Source: Candidatus Chisholmbacteria bacterium (GTDB lineage Bacteria; Patescibacteriota; Microgenomatia; UBA1400; Chisholmbacteraceae). From it: a stretch of 64,000 bases of DNA. Made by a program: the position numbers and the translations under genes. This document shows, piece after piece, positions 39,230-46,271 of the stretch (position 1 is its first letter; every line of letters starts with the position of its first letter). The notes beneath the pieces were generated by a model, which worked only from the letters and a program-made list of their open reading frames with translations, searched no databases and was not told the DNA's origin. The stretch spans positions 259,438 through 323,437 of the forward strand of contig CAVPHZ010000001.1 of the NCBI GenBank assembly GCA_963704905.1. The letters run 5' to 3'.

Positions 39230-39293
39230 CACCCCCTTTACCTCCATACTTTGGTATATCTCAAGGTTAGCATGCTTCTTGAGTAGTTGTCAA
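39230..39293 (-). promoter_or_regulatory. sigma70 promoter and SD for the precursor operon
   Basis: TTGACA (39293-39288), 18 nt spacer ending TGc, TAACCT (39269-39264); GGAGGT (39245-39240) and GGGGGTG (39236-39230). Confidence 0.72.
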
Positions 39294-39405
39294 GTTATTA
39301 TTTAGTGATGGTAACAATGTGAAAATGATTAAAAATCAGTGTATCTTGTTCTATTCTTTCTTGCTTACGTTACAATAAGTTAATATCTGTACTCTTAATC
39401 TAGAA

Positions 39406-40044
39406 ATGAGATCGGAAAATCCTTATAAAACTCTTGAAAAAATTGAATCTGTTTGCAAAAAATGCAACATTCCAACAATTGGAGTAAATACTGGTGAGGT
39501 TTTGTCGTTGCTTGCAGCTTTACATAAACCTCGAAAGATACTGGAAATCGGAACAGGAGGTGGATACTCGACAATTTGGATTGCAAGTAAGTTAACGCAT
39601 AACTATTTCATTGATACAATTGAAAAAGACAAAAGCGTGTATTCCATAGCCATGAAAAATATTACAAGCACTCGATTTTCAAATAATATTCATCTCATCC
39701 ACTCTGATGCTCTCACTTGGATAAACAGAAAAACGAATGAAGAGTACGATTACATCTTTGTTGATGGAAAGAAAAGTGAATACCATCGATATTTAGAGTC
39801 ATGTAGACCTCTTCTTAGAAAAAAAGGGCTGATTATATTTGATGACACTTTGTTCTGGCTGAAAAAAAATACAGATACTGCTCGGGCCTTTAAGACAAGA
39901 AAAGAGAAGATTTTCCATATCCTGAAGATGAAAAGGCTTGAGGTATATTTTAGAGATTTTAATAGGAAATTCCAGAAGAATTCTCAATACAATGCGGTAT
40001 TCATTCCCATAGAGAATGGTTTAACCATCGGTCAGAAGTTATAA
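39406..40044 (+). CDS. O-methyltransferase (COMT/TrmR-like, Methyltransf_3)
   Basis: ILEIGTGGGYSTIW, YDYIFVDGKK, IIFDD, IENGL. Confidence 0.88.
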   Translation: MRSENPYKTLEKIESVCKKCNIPTIGVNTGEVLSLLAALHKPRKILEIGTGGGYSTIWIASKLTHNYFIDTIEKDKSVYSIAMKNITSTRFSNNIHLIHSDALTWINRKTNEEYDYIFVDGKKSEYHRYLESCRPLLRKKGLIIFDDTLFWLKKNTDTARAFKTRKEKIFHILKMKRLEVYFRDFNRKFQKNSQYNAVFIPIENGLTIGQKL

Positions 40045-40082
40045 GCGAATTTTACTTAGAGCTCTTTCTATTCGTAGTTATT

Positions 40083-41111
40083 ATGATTATTCTCAAACAG
40101 ATTGTTTTTGCTTTTTCTTCGATGCTGTTCTTCTTTTCGCTTGGAAGGTGGCCATTTTTTAATTGGCGTTATCGATACGTTTTACCTCTATCAGCTGTTT
40201 TTTCTTTTACATCTCTGGTTTATACACTCTCTCAGTACAGATTTTCGTACTATGAGTTGTTCCTGCTTTTATTACTCTTGCTGTTTAGCTTAATCTATGG
40301 AAAGAGAAGAAAGTATTATGGTGGTTCAACGCTTTTTCAACAAATGTCACATGGCTTGATTACTGTCGAAGAAAATAAATCAAAAAATATTCGAGTACTA
40401 AAGCGAGATGGAAAAACTACCTCAGGTATCGAGCTAACAACCCAGCAGCCGACTTCAAAATTGCTCTGGTTTCCTCATCTTTCAGAGCTTTTCCCTTTTA
40501 AGATAACGCGTGTTCTTTGTATTGGAGGTGGAGCTTGTGCTTATCCAATTTATGCTTTGAAAATGAATCCAGAAATGTATATGGATGTCGTTGAAATCGA
40601 TCCGGTAGTTGTTGAGGTAGCTAAGAAGTACTTTCCTCTTCCAATAGCTAGTGGCTTTAAACTTATTCAAGATAATGCTTTACGATGGCTTAAGAAAAAT
40701 CACAAAAAGAAATATGACCTCATTTTTGTTGATGTAGGAATTATCTCGTCGGTTTCACAAGTTTCATACAACACTCAATTCCTGAATGAAAACGCTTTAA
40801 AAGATTATATAAGATGTCTATCTAAGAATGGCACAGTAATGATAAATATTATGATGACCTTACTTTCTGGAGATATTAAACTAAATTATGAGTTGCTTTC
40901 TGCCTTTAATAAATCTTTTCGATCCTATCTCGCGTTTGTTACTAATCCGATAATCGACAAGGCTCAATTGAATGACGTCCTGCACATCTTCAGTAGACAG
41001 AAAGTTATTCAAGGTCTACTTAGAAAGAAACTATCCTTAACACCCGAAGACCAGTTGTCATTTAATAAGAACGATTATCTACAGATGCTTGACTCTCGTC
41101 AGGTTGGTTAG
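40083..41111 (+). CDS. Membrane-anchored spermidine synthase-like methyltransferase
   Basis: Three N-terminal TMs; VLCIGGGAC, VVEIDPVVVEVAKKYF, YDLIFVD. Confidence 0.8.
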   Translation: MIILKQIVFAFSSMLFFFSLGRWPFFNWRYRYVLPLSAVFSFTSLVYTLSQYRFSYYELFLLLLLLLFSLIYGKRRKYYGGSTLFQQMSHGLITVEENKSKNIRVLKRDGKTTSGIELTTQQPTSKLLWFPHLSELFPFKITRVLCIGGGACAYPIYALKMNPEMYMDVVEIDPVVVEVAKKYFPLPIASGFKLIQDNALRWLKKNHKKKYDLIFVDVGIISSVSQVSYNTQFLNENALKDYIRCLSKNGTVMINIMMTLLSGDIKLNYELLSAFNKSFRSYLAFVTNPIIDKAQLNDVLHIFSRQKVIQGLLRKKLSLTPEDQLSFNKNDYLQMLDSRQVG

Positions 41112-41127
41112 TTTAATACGTTAACAT

Positions 41128-41889
41128 TTACTTTTTTTTGGGGGGGGTGTATTTGAAGTTGTATTCTTTTTCATAAAGGCGAATAATTCCTTTTGGGGTG
41201 CTTTTTGCTCGAATCTCGCCATTGAATAACCAAATAGCTCGATTGCAGATTTTTTTCAGTAACTCAAAAGAGTGTGTAGCAATAATTATTGTTTTTCGTT
41301 TTTTCCTAAACTCGTTAATTTTATCTAGTGATTTTTGTTTGAAATTATTATCCCCAACAGAAATATTTTCATCTAGAATAAGAACTTCTGGTGAGGCATG
41401 AATAGCAATGGCAAAACTTATTCGTAGCTTCATTCCGTCTGAGTATGTATATAATGGCGCATCGATAAACCCACCGATGTCCGCAAAGGTTGTAATGCTT
41501 TTTAGTTTTTTTACGATTTCATTTTTATCCATTCCAAGCAATAAACCATTCAAGAAAATGTTTTCTTCCCCGGTTAAATCTGGGTGAAACCCAGCTCCAA
41601 GTTCAATGAGGGATATAATTTTATGCTCACAGAGAATGCTACCGTACGTAGGGGTTGTTATCCCTGCCATAATCTTAAGAAGGGTTGTTTTTCCTGATCC
41701 ATTTGCCCCGAAGATACCAACTGAGTCTCCTTTAAATACTGTTAAGTTTATGTCCCTTAGGGCGTAGAATTCTTCAGTTTTTTTTCTTTTGAAAATATTT
41801 TCTACTAGCGTAGGTTTCTCGTGATGAACGACATACTTCTTTCCAATGTGCTTAAGCTTAATGATAGTTTCTCTCATTTTTACAACCAA
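41128..41889 (-). CDS. wzt: Polysaccharide ABC exporter ATPase (Wzt/TagH type, no C-terminal carbohydrate-binding domain)
   Basis: GANGSGKTT, LGAGFHPDLTGEENI, YSDGMKLR, LILDE. Confidence 0.92.
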   Translation of the reverse strand: MVVKMRETIIKLKHIGKKYVVHHEKPTLVENIFKRKKTEEFYALRDINLTVFKGDSVGIFGANGSGKTTLLKIMAGITTPTYGSILCEHKIISLIELGAGFHPDLTGEENIFLNGLLLGMDKNEIVKKLKSITTFADIGGFIDAPLYTYSDGMKLRISFAIAIHASPEVLILDENISVGDNNFKQKSLDKINEFRKKRKTIIIATHSFELLKKICNRAIWLFNGEIRAKSTPKGIIRLYEKEYNFKYTPPKKK

Positions 41890-42662
41890 TCAACGAAGTA
41901 TGGACTTTCCCTTATGAATATGTAGATCCCAACACATATAACAACCATGCTTATCACTAAATTGGTCATCATCAGTTGAACATTTATTAATCCTTGATTC
42001 AAAATTGCCATATGAAATAACTCAAAAATACTTGTAAGAGGGTTAATTAAAAATAGCTTATGTAAAGAATCTGGGATGATACTTAAGTTATAAATAATTG
42101 GTGTTATATAGAACCACAAGATTAGCGCTGATTGAATAAAAAAGTTTATGTCTCTAAAGCGCACCTGGAGGCTTGATGTGATTAGAGACAAACCAATCGT
42201 AAACATTAGCAGCCATACAAGAGCTGGTAACATTATAAGTATCTCGGGAAATAGGAGTTTGTTGGTTAATAATAAAAATATTCCTAGCAAAAATAGTGAA
42301 ATTAAAAGGTGGATAAAGTTAGAGAATATCATTGAAATCGGTATTACTTCCTTTGAAAATTTCGTTTTTTGCAGTAATGATCGCTCATTAACGAAACTTG
42401 GGGTAGTCTTAGTTACTGAGAGTAGAAAAAATTGCCATGGTAATAATCCTGTAAATAAAAATAGGAAATAGTCAGGTATTCTAATATACAAAGAAAAAAT
42501 TAGACCGATGATTGTCATTTGAAGCAAGGGGTTAAGTAAAACCCATAAAAAACCAAATATTGCCCTTTTATATCGAGCTTTTATCTCTCTTTCGGTCATC
42601 ACCCAAAGAAAGTCTAGATATTTATTCATATTTTCTCTAGTTTTTTTTCTACGAATGAGCAT
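41880..42662 (-). CDS. wzm: Polysaccharide ABC exporter permease (Wzm/TagG type); probable start ATG 42629
   Basis: REIKARYKRAIFGFLWVLLNPL, FRDI, TPIIY, INPL. Confidence 0.92.
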   Translation of the reverse strand: MLIRRKKTRENMNKYLDFLWVMTEREIKARYKRAIFGFLWVLLNPLLQMTIIGLIFSLYIRIPDYFLFLFTGLLPWQFFLLSVTKTTPSFVNERSLLQKTKFSKEVIPISMIFSNFIHLLISLFLLGIFLLLTNKLLFPEILIMLPALVWLLMFTIGLSLITSSLQVRFRDINFFIQSALILWFYITPIIYNLSIIPDSLHKLFLINPLTSIFELFHMAILNQGLINVQLMMTNLVISMVVICVGIYIFIRESPYFVDWL

Positions 42663-42879
42663 GAATTTACTAATCTATTTATATTAAGATATATCCTTAA
42701 TATACATTATGATGCTTTTATAAAATTAAATATTTTTAAATATACTTTGTTAACAATAAGAATAATTTTAGAACTACGATATTACTCTATAGCATTCTGA
42801 TAGGCTACAATCCAATATCTACAGTACTTTTCTAATTTGATGCATTTTACTAAATATCCATGGTATTCTAGATGTTAAT

Positions 42880-43515
42880 ATGCCGGAGTCGAATCAACGT
42901 ATACATGATCAGTTAATTCAACCTTCATTACAGGAAAATACATCTTCACTTCAGCCTTCTCCTCGGTCCTGGTTTACAAGACGAAAGATACCACTATTTA
43001 GTGTTATTGTAATGATGGTTCTTTTGGGTATCGTTTTGGTGGTATACCTTCTTTCTCAGCGTTCTTTTGATAATCAACCTAGAACAGAAAATCCAATTCC
43101 TGTGTCATCATTGCCTATAGAATCGAGTACATCAACAATATTTGGTACTCAAACTGTAAACCTGGTAGCGATTCAAGATGCCTCACCTTCTGGGTTTGGA
43201 TATGCGAATCGAAATATCACTTCATATAATATCCTTCATCATGTTCTCGCAGTTCTTCCCAAACCTCCACAAGGAACATTCTATGAAGCTTGGCTCATTC
43301 GAAACCCAAATGAAAACTTCAGCTTAGGGAGACTATATAGAAGTGAAGAAGGCCAATATCTTCTCACAAGCGACTGGGTATATTTTCCGAATGAATTACC
43401 TTTTTCTTCTTTTGAAGACTTTCCAAAGATCGTTGTTTCTCTTGAAACTTCTGAAGATGACGTCATTGAGAGGCGGTTGCTGGTCGGTCAATTTTCAGAA
43501 CCAGAAAGTAACTAA
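42880..43515 (+). CDS. Single-TM protein with RskA-like (anti-sigma-K C-terminal) domain
   Basis: TM then LPKPPQGTFYEAWL...SLGRL...IVVSLE. Confidence 0.6.
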   Translation: MPESNQRIHDQLIQPSLQENTSSLQPSPRSWFTRRKIPLFSVIVMMVLLGIVLVVYLLSQRSFDNQPRTENPIPVSSLPIESSTSTIFGTQTVNLVAIQDASPSGFGYANRNITSYNILHHVLAVLPKPPQGTFYEAWLIRNPNENFSLGRLYRSEEGQYLLTSDWVYFPNELPFSSFEDFPKIVVSLETSEDDVIERRLLVGQFSEPESN

Positions 43516-43562
43516 ATTTTTCTAGATTGTATATCAAAGTAATTTTGCTACAATTTTTTCCT

Positions 43563-44279
43563 ATGAACATCTTTGTTCGTCGTATTCGGTATCTGCCCGT
43601 CCTGAGCATGATAAGTTTATTTCTTTTTGCACTGCTTTTTTCTCCATCATCGACATCGGGAACTATTGACCAAGTTTCGCTTTCATTTCTTCGCCAACCG
43701 ACACCAATTCTGGCAACAGAGTCGAAATTTACTGAGCAGGTAGAAAGTTGGGAAGAATCGATTGATTTTTCAACCGTTTACGTTAAAGATGACTCGTATG
43801 AGCTTGGTACTGAAGTCATCACTCGGGAAGGGTCGCCGGGAAAAAAGCGAGTAATTCAAACTACCGTAACCTACGATGGAGAAGATTACTCGACTTCAAT
43901 TGAGGAAGATATTCTGATAGAGGCTGAGAATCAGGTGATTGTACAAGGAACAAAAATCGTATTGAGAACAATAGAGAGTGAGTACGGAAATCTCACGTAT
44001 TCACAGACCTTTTCAAATATGTGGGCGACGAGTTATGACTCGACTTGCTCTGGGTGTAGTACTACAACAGCGACGGGAATGAAGCAGGGTTATGGAGTGG
44101 TTGCGGTTGATCCAACTGTAATCCCACTTTATAGCAAAGTCTTCGTCCCAGGCTATGGCATTGCTCTTGTGGGTGATGTTGGTGGATCGATTAAGGGAAA
44201 TAGAATCGATCTTGGGTATGACTCTCTTGGCGGACAGTGGAAAGCACATTCTGTAGATGTGTATCTGCTTGTCGATTAA
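43563..44279 (+). CDS. G5 + 3D domain cell-wall protein (YabE/Sps-like)
   Basis: G5 (REGSPG...VIVQGTK); 3D (ATSY, VAVDPTVIPL, DVGGSIKGNRIDL). Confidence 0.88.
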   Translation: MNIFVRRIRYLPVLSMISLFLFALLFSPSSTSGTIDQVSLSFLRQPTPILATESKFTEQVESWEESIDFSTVYVKDDSYELGTEVITREGSPGKKRVIQTTVTYDGEDYSTSIEEDILIEAENQVIVQGTKIVLRTIESEYGNLTYSQTFSNMWATSYDSTCSGCSTTTATGMKQGYGVVAVDPTVIPLYSKVFVPGYGIALVGDVGGSIKGNRIDLGYDSLGGQWKAHSVDVYLLVD

Positions 44280-44323
44280 TTTTTTTAGCTCTCAGAATCC
44301 CCTGTATAATAAAGCTTATCACT

Positions 44324-45361
44324 ATGGTCATTCGTGAAGTTCGCATTGACGAAAAATCCCCTTTTAATTTACTTGCTCAGCATCCGGTTCAAAGTTGGGA
44401 ATGGGGGGAGTTTAAGAAAAAAACTGGAGTTGAAGTTGTCCGTTTAGCTTCTTTTCATAAAGAAACTATGCAGGCTGGGTATCAGATTAGTTTTCACCCA
44501 GTTCCGAAGACGTCATACAGTGTTGGCTACTTTCCTAAAGGCCCCCTTCCAGATGATGATCTCCTTGAAGCACTTATCGATGTTGGACGTAGGCGAAATG
44601 CGCTTTATATAAAACTCGATCCAAATGTCCAAACAAAAGATGGTCAGGAAGTTTTTCAAGAACTTTCGAAGAAATTTGATCTTCGATTAGGGCGTACGGT
44701 ATTTACACCTAATACTTTTTTTATTGATCTCACAAAATCTGAGGACGAGTTGCTAGCGTCCATGAAATCAAAGTCTCGTTACAATATACGTTTGGCAAAG
44801 CGACATGGAGTTACCGTCCATGAAGATAACAGCACGAAAGCTATTGAAACCTATCTTCGATTAACTCGAGAAACTGCTACACGGCAAGGATTCTATGCCC
44901 ATGATGAAGAGTATCATCGACTTCTGTGGGAAATTCTTCACACTTCAATGGAACGTGCTGGTCAAGATCCAATCGCCCGCCTTCTGGTTGCGAAGTATAC
45001 AAAGGAAATTCTTGTCACTTGGATGGTCTTTGTCTTTCATAAAACCCTCTATTATCCTTATGGTGCTTCGTCGAGCAAACATCAGAATCTCATGGCAAGT
45101 AATCTTATGATGTGGGAGGCTATGCGTTTTGGAAAGACGCTTGGCTGTCAGTTGTTTGACCTTTGGGGTTCGCTTGGATCGAATCCAGATCCAAAGAACC
45201 CATGGTATGGATTTCATCGATTTAAAGAGGGGTTTGGCGGGGAGCTCATTCATTTTGTAGGAACCTACGATTTGGTCATTCAACCACAGCTCTATCCTCT
45301 GTTTCGGTTTGCTGAAGATGCCCGGTGGAAGGTGTTGCGCATCCTTTCAAAATTCCGATGA
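44324..45361 (+). CDS. FemX/FemAB family aminoacyltransferase (peptidoglycan bridge)
   Basis: QSWEWGEFK, KSRYNIRLAKRHGV, YPYGAS, FDLWG, GFHRFKEGFGG. Confidence 0.9.
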   Translation: MVIREVRIDEKSPFNLLAQHPVQSWEWGEFKKKTGVEVVRLASFHKETMQAGYQISFHPVPKTSYSVGYFPKGPLPDDDLLEALIDVGRRRNALYIKLDPNVQTKDGQEVFQELSKKFDLRLGRTVFTPNTFFIDLTKSEDELLASMKSKSRYNIRLAKRHGVTVHEDNSTKAIETYLRLTRETATRQGFYAHDEEYHRLLWEILHTSMERAGQDPIARLLVAKYTKEILVTWMVFVFHKTLYYPYGASSSKHQNLMASNLMMWEAMRFGKTLGCQLFDLWGSLGSNPDPKNPWYGFHRFKEGFGGELIHFVGTYDLVIQPQLYPLFRFAEDARWKVLRILSKFR

Positions 45362-46259
45362 TTGACTTACGACAATCTCCTTTCTACGCAGAGCATATGA
45401 AGAAACTTGGGTGGATTGTTGAGACTCTTCCTAGTCTCTCTCGGTCTTCTTCTCGTAACTCTTCTCCTCGAATATTTGCTTACATTCGCAGATTACCTTT
45501 TCTACCTATCTCTATTATGAAAATTCAACGCTTTACCCCTATTCCAGATTTCGGTAAGATCGTCGCATTAAACCGAAAACATCGAGTGTTCTCGATCACG
45601 CTTGAGCCTGGACTACTCAATAAAATAGACAAAGTTCATTTTACCAAAGCAATAACAAGGTTTAAATATCGATCATTGAATTGGCCGTTACAGCCAACTT
45701 CAACTGTCCGCGTAAATTTGAAACAATCTCTGCAAGTACTTCTAAAGGGATTGGGTTCTGATGCGAGAGCGAGTGTTCGTAAAGCTAAGCAGACTTGCAA
45801 GGTAAAGTTCATTTCTACTGATGACCGTTTAGAAATTGAGCAGTTTTATGAGTTTTGGAAACAAAATGGAAAAGGGTATGTGCCATCACAGAAAGAGTTT
45901 GATAGTTTACTTCAGGCTTTTGAAAACAATGCGACTCTTGTCTTAGTTTTTAAAGATCGTGAACTTCTTTCTGGTGTTGTCATTCTTTTTCATGATCGGC
46001 AGGCATATTATTACTATGCAGCAACTTCGTCAAAAGGCAGGAGAGAGTTTGCAGGTTACTACTCAACTTGGAGAGCAATTCTTGAAGCTAAGCGACGAGG
46101 ATGTTTGTGTTTGATTTTGAAGGTATCTATGATGAGCGGTTTCCAAAACTTAAGCGGTGGAAAGGATTTTCTCGGTTTAAGAAGAAGTTTGGCGGAGAGA
46201 TCATTCGTTATCCTTTACCTGTAGGTCGGTTTCGTTTACCAATTTCTTTTTCTTTATAA
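45358..46259 (+). pseudogene. Second FemAB-like protein, frameshifted at about 46105
   Basis: DLRQSPFYA...AKRRGC, then the shifted frame reads VFDFEGIYDERFP...WKGFSRFKKKFGG to TAA 46257-46259. Confidence 0.75.
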
Positions 46260-46271
46260 GATATTAGAGCT

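Noticed and set aside
39227-39247. Six-codon uORF MEVKGV* in frame with and abutting the precursor
   Set aside because: It consists of the SD-like sequences themselves and is most likely incidental.
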